This document shows, piece after piece, positions 39,183 through 49,319 of a stretch of 64,000 bases of DNA. Origin of the DNA: Chloroflexota bacterium. Its GTDB lineage: Bacteria > Chloroflexota > UBA11872 > VXOZ01. The position numbers and the translations under genes were made by a program. The notes under the pieces are model-generated. The model did not search any database. It was not told the origin of the DNA and saw only the letters and a program-made list of their open reading frames with translations. Location: the NCBI GenBank assembly GCA_964291655.2, contig OZ219802.1:384001-448000 (forward strand), written 5' to 3'. Position 1 is the stretch's first letter, and the number at the start of each line of letters is the position of its first letter.

Positions 39183-39439
39183 CCAGGTTGATTTACACTT
39201 TGCATCATGGACGCTAGATCATTCCGGAGTGCGGCTCATCCGCCCGATAGCACCTGCGTGCAGTGCCCCGGGCAGGCTGCTGAAGCCCGGCAAAGAACGG
39301 GACTCACGCAATTCGAACCCGTGCATGCCGTGCTCGCCATGTTCGCACGGCTGATTGAACGCCGGTAGGGCCGGCCCCTCACTCTTAGCAATTTCTGCCC
39401 GTGCGTTTCCAGGCTGCACTATCAAGCCCCATACCCAGC

Positions 39440-39554
39440 CAGCGGGCACGCCACCAACCGCCGTAATCGGCAGGCCGTCAGCACAATCAACTCCTACCTC
39501 TGCATGGGCGCTATCCAGCCCTCCAAGCGTGGCAGCCATAATCATGGCCGGCAT
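39440..39554 (-). pseudogene. Degenerate duplicate of the comM/yifB 5' end
   Basis: MPAMIMAATLGGLDSAHAEVGVDCADGLP versus MLAKIMAATLVGLDSAQVEVEVDLADGLP; shared DNA tracts TGGGCGCTATCCAGCC and AGCGTGGCAGCCATAATC. Confidence 0.75.
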
Positions 39555-39823
39555 CTCCACCTCCACCGCGAAGCACAGCTTGCAGCCCTTGCCTATACGG
39601 GGACTATAGACCCGGCGCAAAATGCAAGCAAAGCCGTAACTATTCGGTACTAAAGGAGTACCGGCACAAACATGCCACAACTGCTGGCAGTTTAGCAATG
39701 CGTGGGGTAGCCTGGCAGCCACATTCGTAATTGTCTTGTCGGTCTGGTAGCATTACAGTAGCATACGAAAGAATATCTTTCGCGCCCACGTACGGCGGGT
39801 GCGGGTTAAATGTGTCCTGCCAT

Positions 39824-39876
39824 TTGCGCATTGCACATTGCACTCTGTATACTCCCATTCAATACGTAGTGTATTG
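39824..39876 (+). promoter_or_regulatory. Candidate sigma70 promoter with downstream palindromic operator
   Basis: TTGCGC-18-TATACT followed by CAATAC-N5-GTATTG (39860-39876). Confidence 0.4.
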
Positions 39877-39964
39877 GTATTGGGGTGTCCAAATCGAGGT
39901 CAAGTGGACTAAGAACTCATTACGCAATCAACTATAAGATTGACTGGTTCAGGAAGGAGAATCG

Positions 39965-41950
39965 ATGAGTAATTCCGGATCAACAGTGATGGAAAAGCAA
40001 GCATGGGAGGTGGCAGGCCAACGTCTCGGTGGTACAGTTGCGTCACTGGCCGTTTCACCGAGCTTTAGCGAGAACAACCTAGTGCTCGCCGGAACCATGG
40101 CGGGAGTGTTTTGCTCCGAAGATAAGGGCAAGACCTGGAAGATTTCCAATGAAGGCATTACGAGCCCCTATATCCAGGCGCTTGCATTTGCACCCAACGT
40201 TGCGAACCATGAGGTAGCGTTTGCCGGTGCTTTGGAAGGTGGCGTCTATCGCTCTGACAATGGCGGCAAGACCTGGCAGCAGCTTGACTTTTGGCAAGGA
40301 GCGGCCTCAGTCACGTGCCTGGCGGTGTCACCGAGCTTTTCCGATGATGGAGTGATGCTCGCCGGCACCCAGGAAGATGGCGTCTTCAAGTCAACCAACC
40401 GCGGCCGTACGTGGAATTCGGCCAACTTCGGCATTATGGAACTCAGTATTCAAGCCATTGCCATCTCGCCGGACTTTGAAGAGGATCAGACCGCATTCTT
40501 AGCTGGTGGCGACGGCCTCTATCGAACGCTTGACGAAGGCCGTGCTTGGCGGCTGGTAGACAGAGGGCTGGATAGCATGGCCATCCAGGCAATTGCCGTT
40601 TCGCCAGATTTTGCAGAGGACCGAACGGTGCTTGTCGGCACGGAAGATATGGGTGTCTTCAAGTCTACCGACGGCGGCACGAACTGGCAGGAAGCGAACA
40701 GCGGCCTGGACAGTGTCTCGATCAACGCGCTCTGCCTCTCGCCGGAGTTTGCCAGTGACAGCCTGGCATACGCGGGTACGGCAGAAGGATCGGTTTACCG
40801 TTCGTCCGACGGCGGCAGTACCTGGGAAAGCGTTATCGATCAAGATTCGTCGGTACTCTGCTTGCTGACAACCGGAACCGGCGAGGATGACATTGTCTTG
40901 GCAGGTGTGCACCGGGAAGGCGCTCTGCGCGCCAATGGCGGCGCTACTGATTGGGAACCGGCCGTAGAAGGCCTTGCCGCACGCTCGCTTCTTGGCACGG
41001 CACTTTCTCCAAATTGCCATCAGGACGGTACGCTCTTTGCGACTAGTCTCGAAGACGGAGTCCTGCGTTCTGCCGATGAAGGGTTGACGTGGGAAGCAGC
41101 CGGTGCAGGCCTCGAAGAGATGCAAGTCGCATCACTCTTAATCTCGCCGGACTATGCAAACGACTCCACCGTCTTTGCGGCAACTCATCAGGGCGTTGCA
41201 ATTACCGCAGATGGCGGCAGGAGCTGGCAGGCCAGTAACGAGGGCATCGATGAAGAGACGTTAGACCTCCGCGTCTTGGCAGTTTCTCACACGTACGCGG
41301 AAGATCGTTTGGTCGCGGCCGGGGGGCCGGGCGGCGCACTGTACTTTAGCCGTGACGCCGGTCAGTCCTGGGAACGGTCCGAAGAGACGTTCGGCGAGGA
41401 AGACGTGATCGGTATAGCGCTTTCCCCGAATTTCGCCGATGACAACACGCTCTTGCTCGGCACTTTCCGTGCTTCTCAAGGCGATTACGCCAGTACCATT
41501 ACCGTATGGCGCTCTGCTGACGGCGGTGAGATTTGGAAACGAATCCTCGTCCATGCCACGGGAGCACAGTGGATCAGTTTCGCCATGCCGCCAAACTATT
41601 CCGGCTCGGAAGAGGACTATAGCAACTTCTTCATTGCCACGGCGACTCGATTCTTCCGCCCGATGTGGCGCGGCAAGAATCTCTGGGTAGGTGATGCCAT
41701 TGGCGAAGCGACAGCGGCCGTGGTCTGCCTGGCTATCTCGCCCGAATACGAAAGCGATACCACCATCTACGCCGGTACCAGCCGGGGCGTGTACAAGTCC
41801 TCAGACGAAGGGCTGACATGGCAGAACATCAACGAAGGGCTGGACAACAAGGCGATTGTCTCTCTGCTGGTCTCACCAAACTATGCTGAAGATCACGCGG
41901 TATGGGCCGTGTCGCTTGGCGGCACTGTGTGGCGATACGTCGATGCGTAG
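39965..41950 (+). CDS. BNR/Asp-box repeat double beta-propeller protein (Vps10/Ycf48-like)
   Basis: Many S-x-D-x-G-x-T/S-W repeats alternating with 'LAVSPxF..D..V.AGT'; no signal peptide. Confidence 0.85.
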   Translation: MSNSGSTVMEKQAWEVAGQRLGGTVASLAVSPSFSENNLVLAGTMAGVFCSEDKGKTWKISNEGITSPYIQALAFAPNVANHEVAFAGALEGGVYRSDNGGKTWQQLDFWQGAASVTCLAVSPSFSDDGVMLAGTQEDGVFKSTNRGRTWNSANFGIMELSIQAIAISPDFEEDQTAFLAGGDGLYRTLDEGRAWRLVDRGLDSMAIQAIAVSPDFAEDRTVLVGTEDMGVFKSTDGGTNWQEANSGLDSVSINALCLSPEFASDSLAYAGTAEGSVYRSSDGGSTWESVIDQDSSVLCLLTTGTGEDDIVLAGVHREGALRANGGATDWEPAVEGLAARSLLGTALSPNCHQDGTLFATSLEDGVLRSADEGLTWEAAGAGLEEMQVASLLISPDYANDSTVFAATHQGVAITADGGRSWQASNEGIDEETLDLRVLAVSHTYAEDRLVAAGGPGGALYFSRDAGQSWERSEETFGEEDVIGIALSPNFADDNTLLLGTFRASQGDYASTITVWRSADGGEIWKRILVHATGAQWISFAMPPNYSGSEEDYSNFFIATATRFFRPMWRGKNLWVGDAIGEATAAVVCLAISPEYESDTTIYAGTSRGVYKSSDEGLTWQNINEGLDNKAIVSLLVSPNYAEDHAVWAVSLGGTVWRYVDA

Positions 41951-42003
41951 CTGGTTGCTGCCGATTACAGCCCTGCTTTAAACCTTGACCCCGGCAAACT
42001 AAA

Positions 42004-42042
42004 GAGCTACGTGCCGCTTTGTCGGCACGTAGCTCAGTGTTT
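42004..42042 (+). terminator. Intrinsic terminator
   Basis: GAGCTACGTGCCG-ctttgt-CGGCACGTAGCTC 13-bp stem, then AGTGTTT. Confidence 0.7.
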
Positions 42043-42089
42043 AAGCGCCGCAGAATCGCATCTGCTTACGGCTTTCAAGGGGCCTGGAA

Positions 42090-43241
42090 ATGAATGGCTT
42101 CACTCACGCGCAAGTACATGTATTCCGGCTCAAACGTCACCATCTTGAGAGTCCTGCTCAGCCGGGAAAAATTCAAGATGTCGTAAGTGATACGTGTGGC
42201 ATCCAAGCGCAGGTAATGTCTGCGGCACAGTTGGCGTTACGGGTCAGGAGTCTCGGCCTATCCGTGGCTGCGATCGAGCGCGCACTCTGGCAGGACCGAG
42301 ACCTGGTAAAGGTGTGGTGTATGCGCGGCACGCTGCACCTGCTGCCTGCACACGAACTTCCCGTCTACGTAGCAGCACTCAAGCCCTATCGTCTCACGCA
42401 AGAACAACGCTGGATGGCGCGGTACGGCGTAGACGCTGCAGCCATTCAGGCAATGACAGAGGCCATCCTCGCGGCCCTTGGCGAGATCCCTCTAACTCGC
42501 CGCCAACTCTCTCTGAGACTGACGGCTGAACTTCACAAGCATGCTCCGCAGGTGATGGAGTTGGTCGAGCACGGTTGGGGCGGACTAGGGAAATATGTTT
42601 GCCTGCAGGGCGACTTGTGCCTCGGCCCCAATCAAGGTCAGGAAGCAACATTTGTACGGCGAGACATGTGGTTAGACAATTGGGAAGACGTGCCTGGAGA
42701 GGAGGCTGAAGTCCTGCTCTTGAAGCGCTACTTACAGGCTTACGGGCCGGCCACCGTGCAAGACTTTTCCTTCTGGGCGGGCATGTCGGTGAAAGATGCC
42801 AGCCGGATTTGGCGCAGACTGCAGAGCGAGATGCAGGATGTGACCGTTGAAGAGAAGCCTGCTACCGTCCTCAAGAGCGACCTCCCAACTCTTCAGGAGA
42901 CGAAGTCCGTTGCAGAAGCTGTGCATCTTCTGCCTCACTTCGACGTCTACCTGCTCGCCCACCGCAGCAAGACGCATCTCGTTGCGGAAAGTCATTACAA
43001 GCGCGTGTATCGCGCTGCGGGTTGGATATCCCCGGTAGTGCTAGTCAACGGGCGTGTCGCCGGCGTGTGGTCGCAGGCGCGCCGGGGCGGGGTGCTGCAG
43101 GTTACTATCGAGCTCTTCGGCAAGCTCACCAGATACCAGTACGCCGCGATAGAGAAACGCGCCGTTGACGTGGCCAGTTTCTTCGACTCTCGCCTGGAGC
43201 TTGCGTACACTAGCACTGCGGAAGCGATTCCTGCAAACTAG
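42090..43241 (+). CDS. AlkZ/YcaQ (HTH_42) winged-helix DNA glycosylase family
   Basis: GIQAQ (QxQ), WCMRGTLHL, RYLQAYGPAT.QDF.FWAG, LLPHFDVYLL, VLVNGRVAGVW. Confidence 0.87.
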   Translation: MNGFTHAQVHVFRLKRHHLESPAQPGKIQDVVSDTCGIQAQVMSAAQLALRVRSLGLSVAAIERALWQDRDLVKVWCMRGTLHLLPAHELPVYVAALKPYRLTQEQRWMARYGVDAAAIQAMTEAILAALGEIPLTRRQLSLRLTAELHKHAPQVMELVEHGWGGLGKYVCLQGDLCLGPNQGQEATFVRRDMWLDNWEDVPGEEAEVLLLKRYLQAYGPATVQDFSFWAGMSVKDASRIWRRLQSEMQDVTVEEKPATVLKSDLPTLQETKSVAEAVHLLPHFDVYLLAHRSKTHLVAESHYKRVYRAAGWISPVVLVNGRVAGVWSQARRGGVLQVTIELFGKLTRYQYAAIEKRAVDVASFFDSRLELAYTSTAEAIPAN

Positions 43242-43301
43242 GAACAAGATTGGATATGCAGCAAGTCGAATGAGAAAAACCACAGACCCGAGGAGTGTAT
43301 C

Positions 43302-44639
43302 ATGGCAAACCCGGTTCAGTTGGGAACGGCGAGCATCAACATCACCCCTTCCGTAGGCACCTGGATGGGCGGCTACAGCGCCCGCGACCACGGCGCGACG
43401 GACATACACGACGACCTCTATGCCAAGATCTTAGTTTTCTCCGATGGTGAGACAAAGGCCGCCATCGTCACCTGCGATCTCGTCGGCATTACCGAAGAGA
43501 GCACTGCCGCAGTGCGCAGCCTGGTCGAGGAGCAAACGGACATCCCCGGCAGCCACGTGATGATAACCTGCTCCCACACGCACTCCGGGCCGACAACGCG
43601 GGAGTGGCGCTACGATGCCCCATTCAACAATTCCTACATGCGCGAGCTCGAGCGCAAGCTGGCGGGAGGCGTGCAGGTAGCGAACCAACACCTGCAGCCT
43701 GCTGTCGGCGGTCTGGGTGCGGGCTCATTCCCGCTGGCCGTAAACCGCCGCCTCACCACGGACGGCGTAACCGAAATGCGCGCCAATCCGGATGGGGTGG
43801 TGGACCACACCGTTGCGGTGCTCCGCTTCGACAAGGCAGACGGCACGCCATTGGCCACAGCCTTCCACTATGCCTGCCACTCAACGAGCATGGGCGCATC
43901 GAATTACGCGTTTAGCGCCGACTATTCCGGCGGTGCAAAGGCCTTTGTCGAAAAGACTTACGGAGGCGGCCACACTACGGCGTTCTTGCTGGGCTGCTGC
44001 GGCAACACGCGGCCCAACTTCACCAGCGACGGCAGCCGCTTCCGCTCCGCCACCTTCGACGAGTTGGAAAGCGTCTGGCGGGGCCTTGGCGCTGAAGTCG
44101 TGAGCGTGCGGGAGTCGATCGATTGCGCGCCGCTGGATGGCGTCGCCGTGGCGCAGCGTCTGGTGACAGTGCCTCTGCGAGAAGTTCCTGATGTCTCCTT
44201 TTACAAGGAGGCGCTTGAAACGGAAACCTGGCCTGATACACAGGAACGCATTAACCGCGACTCGCTCAAGTGGGTACGAAACCGCGTTTCAGATTACGAA
44301 ACCGACAACTTGCTCCTTGAACCCAAAGCGGAAATCCAGGTTATCCGCGTCGGCAACCTCATCTTCGCCAGCTTCCCCGGCGAGGTATTCCTCGAATACG
44401 GTCTGGCGGTGCAAGAGCGCGTAAAGTCCGAATTGGGTCTGGAGGCCCTGCACGTCGAACTCGCCAACGGCATGATAGGCTACGTGCCCACGGCAGACGC
44501 AATCCCGCACGGCGGTTACGAAGTCATGGCCTATCGCCACGGCGCGCAATCACCGGCGGGCTACTCCGGCGACGCCGAAACTCTCTTTGTGGACACCGCC
44601 GTGGAACTCGCTCGCCAGACCACAGGGGCGAATGCATAG
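43302..44639 (+). CDS. Neutral/alkaline ceramidase N-terminal-domain family hydrolase
   Basis: ITP, MGGY, IHDDLYAK, SHTHSGP, NRR, YACHST, SADY, FPGEVF, GYVPT, GGYE. Confidence 0.82.
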   Translation: MANPVQLGTASINITPSVGTWMGGYSARDHGATDIHDDLYAKILVFSDGETKAAIVTCDLVGITEESTAAVRSLVEEQTDIPGSHVMITCSHTHSGPTTREWRYDAPFNNSYMRELERKLAGGVQVANQHLQPAVGGLGAGSFPLAVNRRLTTDGVTEMRANPDGVVDHTVAVLRFDKADGTPLATAFHYACHSTSMGASNYAFSADYSGGAKAFVEKTYGGGHTTAFLLGCCGNTRPNFTSDGSRFRSATFDELESVWRGLGAEVVSVRESIDCAPLDGVAVAQRLVTVPLREVPDVSFYKEALETETWPDTQERINRDSLKWVRNRVSDYETDNLLLEPKAEIQVIRVGNLIFASFPGEVFLEYGLAVQERVKSELGLEALHVELANGMIGYVPTADAIPHGGYEVMAYRHGAQSPAGYSGDAETLFVDTAVELARQTTGANA

Positions 44640-44708
44640 CATGGGAATCCCACCCCACGTTGCCTGGAGGCAGTAAGTCTGAAGGACATTCGGTTCGATC
44701 AAACTATC

Positions 44709-45359
44709 GTGGTGCCTGAAGGTGGTCTGGCCACCGAGCATGACGATCTTTTACCGGCGGGCATGGCCGACAGGGTTGACTGTATTCTCATACCCGAATG
44801 GGTCCTGCAAGACCGTGTTGCAGGCCTGGCGCAACAGATCCACGATGGTTGCGCCAATTGCCGCGAGCTTGTCTTGCTCGTGGCATTAAAGGGCGCGTTC
44901 GTGTTTGCCGCGGATCTCGGCCGCGCAATCTCACGGCTCGGTGGCTTGGAGTTCCGCTATGAGTTCATTCGCACCAGCGTCTACGGCAATACCATCAAGC
45001 AAGAGAACGAAGAGGCGCGTGAGGTGAGCGTAGCAAGGCTGCCCGCAGACCTGGCGGGCAAAGACGTGCTGCTGGTTGAAGACCTGATTGACCAAGGCTT
45101 TACGCTGACCGCCCTCAAGCAACGCGTCCTCGAGGCAGGTGTCCGCTCAGTACGCACGTGCGTTCTCCTTTCCAAGCGCATCGAACTGCCTTCGACATTT
45201 GTGGAGCGCAATCGCTCCGCCTTGACCCTCGATTACGTCGGCTTTGAGGTCCCTGACCGCTGGGTTGCCGGCTACGGCACCGACGCGAGCGAGGACTTTC
45301 GCATGCTGCCGTACATCGTCACCGTGCGCGAGCAGCTCTATGCGACAAGCGACGAGTGA
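44709..45359 (+). CDS. hpt: Hypoxanthine(-guanine) phosphoribosyltransferase
   Basis: LKGAFVFAADL, PRPP-binding VLLVEDLIDQGFTL, YVGFEVPDRWVAGYG.D. Confidence 0.85.
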   Translation: MVPEGGLATEHDDLLPAGMADRVDCILIPEWVLQDRVAGLAQQIHDGCANCRELVLLVALKGAFVFAADLGRAISRLGGLEFRYEFIRTSVYGNTIKQENEEAREVSVARLPADLAGKDVLLVEDLIDQGFTLTALKQRVLEAGVRSVRTCVLLSKRIELPSTFVERNRSALTLDYVGFEVPDRWVAGYGTDASEDFRMLPYIVTVREQLYATSDE

Positions 45360-47134
45360 TGAGCGTCGATCTGGTATTGCGGGGCGGCACCATCGTCGAC
45401 GTCGTAGCAAAGCGCTGCTACGCTGGCGATGTTCTCATCAAAGATGGTTTGATCCATAGCATCGCGCGCACGCCCGCCTCGGTTGAGGCAACCGAGACGC
45501 GCGACATTGCAGGGCAATACGTCATTCCGGGATTCATCGACCCGCACCTGCACATCGAAAGCAGCCTCCTCAGTCCGCTCGAATTCGCACAGGCCGCCGT
45601 GCAGCGTGGCACCACGGCCGTCTTTGTGGACCCGCACGAGATTGCCAACGTGGCCGGCAACGACGGCATCGCCCTCTTCCTGCGACATGCCGAAGTCGCT
45701 CCCCTCGACATCTTCATCGGTGTCCCCTCGTGCGTGCCGGCCACGGCTTTCGAGGACACCGGAGCAGCGCTCACTCTCGCCGACATTGAGGAGCTCTTGC
45801 CGCATCCCCGCGTCTACGGGCTTGCCGAGATGATGAATTTTCCCGGCATCATCCATAACCTGGGAGACGCCCGCGCCAAAGTGGAGAGTGCCTTCGACCT
45901 GGGCAAAGTCGTTGACGGCCATGCGCCGGGCGTAACGGGACGCGATCTTGCGCTTTATGTCACCAACGGCAAAGACGACGGCACGGTCAGGATTATGTCG
46001 GACCACGAGTCTCGCACAGGGACGGAGGCCCTGGAGAAGCGCCGGGCAGGCATGACCGTCGCCATGCGCTATGGCAGCGCCACGAAGGACCTGGATCAAA
46101 TCCTGCCCTTCCTGGCGGAGCAAGCGGAAAGTCTGGATGGATTCATGCTCTGCAGCGACGATCTCGATGCGGAGGAGCTGCACACTCACGGTCATGTTGA
46201 CCGGATCGTGCGCCGGGCGCGCGACATCCTGGTACGACATGCGGGTTTGAACACTGAGCAAGCCACAATCCAGGCGATCAGGATGGCGACCTTACACCCG
46301 GCGCGCTACTTCTCTCGCTTCTTTCGCCACCACGGCTATTCTGAAATGGGAGCAATCATCCCCGGCAGAGTTGCCAATCTCGCTATTCTAAACTCTTTGG
46401 ATTGCCTTGAGAGCTCGACCGTAATCCATCGCGGCGAGGTCGTCGTCGCCGGCGGTGAGGTAGCGCGACGCGAGCACCCCGGCGATTACGGGCAACTCCT
46501 GCAATCGGTAAGAGTCGAAAGGCCGGTAGCAGCATCCGATTTCGCCGTACCCTTTAGCGGACAGGGAACAGAGGCAACCGTGCGCGTCATTGGCGCTGAA
46601 GACGGCAGCCTAGCGACGAAACTCAAAGTCCTTCGTCTGCCGGCAGGCAACGGGGAAATTCAGGCCGACCCTGTGCAGGATGTTGTGAAGATTGCCGTGA
46701 TCGAGCGCCATCACAACACCGGCCTGCACGCCGTAGGTTTCGTCAGCGGCCTTGGCATGCAACGTGGGGCTGTTGCTTCCACCGTGGGGCACGACAGCCA
46801 CAATCTCATAGTGGCCGGCGTAGACGAGACCGCCATGGCGGCAGCAGCCAACCACTTGGTAGCAATCGGGGGAGGCATGGCGGTAGCGTTGGGAAATGAG
46901 TTGACCTCGCTACAACTAGAGATCTGTGGCCTTATGTCAACAGCGACGATAGACTCGGTCGTGCCGCAATACCGCTTACTTCTGGCAGCCGCCAAGCAGA
47001 CCGGCACAACGAGCAAGAACGTCTTTCACTTGCTCTCGTTTCTTGCCTTGCCCGTCATCCCACAACTAAAGATTACGAATCGCGGCTTGGTGGATGTGGA
47101 TGCCTTTGCGCCGGTACCACTCCTCGTAAAGTAG
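45356..47134 (+). CDS. ade: Adenine deaminase
   Basis: PGFIDPHLHIESS, DPHEIANV, LAEMMNFPG, DGHAPG, CSDD, STVGHDSHN, LALPVIP. Confidence 0.93.
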   Translation: MMSVDLVLRGGTIVDVVAKRCYAGDVLIKDGLIHSIARTPASVEATETRDIAGQYVIPGFIDPHLHIESSLLSPLEFAQAAVQRGTTAVFVDPHEIANVAGNDGIALFLRHAEVAPLDIFIGVPSCVPATAFEDTGAALTLADIEELLPHPRVYGLAEMMNFPGIIHNLGDARAKVESAFDLGKVVDGHAPGVTGRDLALYVTNGKDDGTVRIMSDHESRTGTEALEKRRAGMTVAMRYGSATKDLDQILPFLAEQAESLDGFMLCSDDLDAEELHTHGHVDRIVRRARDILVRHAGLNTEQATIQAIRMATLHPARYFSRFFRHHGYSEMGAIIPGRVANLAILNSLDCLESSTVIHRGEVVVAGGEVARREHPGDYGQLLQSVRVERPVAASDFAVPFSGQGTEATVRVIGAEDGSLATKLKVLRLPAGNGEIQADPVQDVVKIAVIERHHNTGLHAVGFVSGLGMQRGAVASTVGHDSHNLIVAGVDETAMAAAANHLVAIGGGMAVALGNELTSLQLEICGLMSTATIDSVVPQYRLLLAAAKQTGTTSKNVFHLLSFLALPVIPQLKITNRGLVDVDAFAPVPLLVK

Positions 47135-47226
47135 TCAGGTCGCCGCGGTCACTCTCGACGGGAATCTAGCTTGCCGCGCGCTCTGTACCAATCCGAACGG
47201 CATCCGGCTCGCAAACCGGGTACAGG

Positions 47227-48150
47227 TCACTTTGCAACGGCCCCCTGCTCTGCGCAGGACAGTATACGAGTGCGGGCGGGAGACTTGTGGGACTCGGCAG
47301 CGGCGAGCATAGCAGCGGCAATACCATCGGGATTGCAGAAGGTCAGCGCCAGAATCGACGATCCGGCGCCGGAAAGGGCGCTGCCGCACGCCCCCGCCGC
47401 GAGGGCCGCATCCATGATCGGTTCCATGGCGGGAAATATGGTAGCGCGATGGGGTTGATGCAGACGGTCGTTCATGCCCACACGGATCAATGCTCCGTCA
47501 GCTTGCGTGATCCCCGTAAGCAAGAGGGCTGCATGTCCGATGTTGTAGACCGCGTCGCTAAGAGGCACCTCTTTGGGAACCACTCCGCGGGCGAGTTCCG
47601 TAGGCAAGTGCTGATCGGGAATACAGACTACCGCGTGGAGGTTTGCCGGCACAGGGACTCGCGCGTAGGTCGGCAATTCATCGCCGTCTGCTGCACAAAC
47701 AATGAGGCCCCCAAACAAAGCGGCGGCCACGTTGTCGGGGTGGCCCTCTATATTACATGCAAGTTGCAGCAACTTTTCAGATGAGAGCGCGTTTTCGAGA
47801 ATGTAATTGGCCGCCACCAGTCCACCCACCGTCGCACTGGCGCTGCTGCCCAGCCCTCGAAAGAGCGGTATGCTGTTTTGCATGTGCAGACTGATTGGGG
47901 GGAATGTATCCCCAACTAATTCAAATGCACGGGCAAATGCCTGCGTGAAGAGATTGTCTTCATCGCCTGCAAGTTCTGCCGTCCCTTCACCCTCGATTGT
48001 GACATTGGGGCCATGCTCTGCCGGGCCTACGGTGAACTCATTGTAAAGCGTAAGTGCCATGCCAAACGCATCGAAGCCTGGTCCCAGATTTGCGGTAGTG
48101 GCCGGCACCCGCACACCGAACACCGGAAAACTAGCTGCCATTGAGAGCAC
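47227..48150 (-). CDS. thrB: Homoserine kinase
   Basis: VPATTANLGPGFD, IPLFRGLGSS, EGHPDN, DRLHQP, LSGAGSS. Confidence 0.95.
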   Translation of the reverse strand: MLSMAASFPVFGVRVPATTANLGPGFDAFGMALTLYNEFTVGPAEHGPNVTIEGEGTAELAGDEDNLFTQAFARAFELVGDTFPPISLHMQNSIPLFRGLGSSASATVGGLVAANYILENALSSEKLLQLACNIEGHPDNVAAALFGGLIVCAADGDELPTYARVPVPANLHAVVCIPDQHLPTELARGVVPKEVPLSDAVYNIGHAALLLTGITQADGALIRVGMNDRLHQPHRATIFPAMEPIMDAALAAGACGSALSGAGSSILALTFCNPDGIAAAMLAAAESHKSPARTRILSCAEQGAVAK

Positions 48151-48320
48151 TCTCGACGAAGGGAACGTGGGGAGAAAAACCTGCCTATGGCGGCTTTAGT
48201 GTACCATTAAGCTGGCGTTCGCCGAGAGGCCCGATATGGTTTGGCCCTCAGCGATCTCATGGCCGTTCTCGATAGCGATAGATGTGCAAAACATCGCAGT
48301 GAGTTTCAAGGAATAGCGCA

Positions 48321-49298
48321 ATGCTCAAGTGGTTGAAACGCGGCTTTATCTTAGGAGTTACCGCCGTGACTGCCTATGTGGCCTATACGCGCTTTCGGCC
48401 ACGACCTATTCCTGTGGAGTCACTCCGCACCGACGGTAAGTTCATAACTGTAGAGGGCTTGCGGATTCACTACCGTATGGCCGGTGCGGGCCCGCCATTG
48501 ATTCTCATCCACGGCATCGGCGCAAGTCTCTTTGCCTGGCGTCTTGTCTTTGATCAGTTCGCTGAGAATCACACAGTGTATGCGCTTGATCTGAAGGGTC
48601 ACGGTCTCTCCGATAAGCCTAACTCCGGCGACTACTCACCTTTCGGCATGGCCGACCTGGTGGCACGCTTCATGGATGCATTAGATGTAGAATCCGCCAA
48701 GATCATAGGCTTATCCATGGGCGGCGCGGTGGGGACCGCATTGGCAATCAGGCATCCCCTGCGTGTCCAGCAATTGGTGCTCATCAGTGCGGCAGGTTAC
48801 CCGCTCAACTACCACGTCATGCCACTGATTGTTCGGTTCGCCAGTACATCCCTTGGGAGCGCATTTGTAGCATTCGTGTTGCGCCAGCGAAAATCCATCG
48901 AGTGGTATTTGCGCAGTTGTTTCTACGATCCTGACGGCATCTGTACACCCGAAATGATAGATGGCTACTTCCTGCCGCTCCTGACGCCGGGATTGGGCGG
49001 CGTGGTGCCACAACTGGCACGTGACTTTGGGCAGACCAGCCTCGCCCATCGCCTCAAAGAGGTAGCCGCCCCGACCCTTATCATCTGGGGACAGTATGAT
49101 GCCGTGATCCCTATGCATTGGGGTTACCGCTTTCAGCAGGACATAGCCAACGCTCAATTGGTTGTCTTCCCTAAGTGCGGACACTGTCCTCACGAGGAAT
49201 ATCCCCAGCAATTCCTGGAGGTGGTGAATGGCTTCTTCCAGGGGGGAATCGTTGACTCCAGCTCTCAGCCAGAGGGAACTCTCCCGGCGAACCCGTAG
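48321..49298 (+). CDS. Alpha/beta hydrolase
   Basis: LIHG, DLKGHG.S, nucleophile GLSMGG, WGQYD, GHCPHEE; N-terminal membrane anchor. Confidence 0.9.
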   Translation: MLKWLKRGFILGVTAVTAYVAYTRFRPRPIPVESLRTDGKFITVEGLRIHYRMAGAGPPLILIHGIGASLFAWRLVFDQFAENHTVYALDLKGHGLSDKPNSGDYSPFGMADLVARFMDALDVESAKIIGLSMGGAVGTALAIRHPLRVQQLVLISAAGYPLNYHVMPLIVRFASTSLGSAFVAFVLRQRKSIEWYLRSCFYDPDGICTPEMIDGYFLPLLTPGLGGVVPQLARDFGQTSLAHRLKEVAAPTLIIWGQYDAVIPMHWGYRFQQDIANAQLVVFPKCGHCPHEEYPQQFLEVVNGFFQGGIVDSSSQPEGTLPANP

Positions 49299-49319
49299 TT
49301 CGCTATGAATCGGGAGAGA

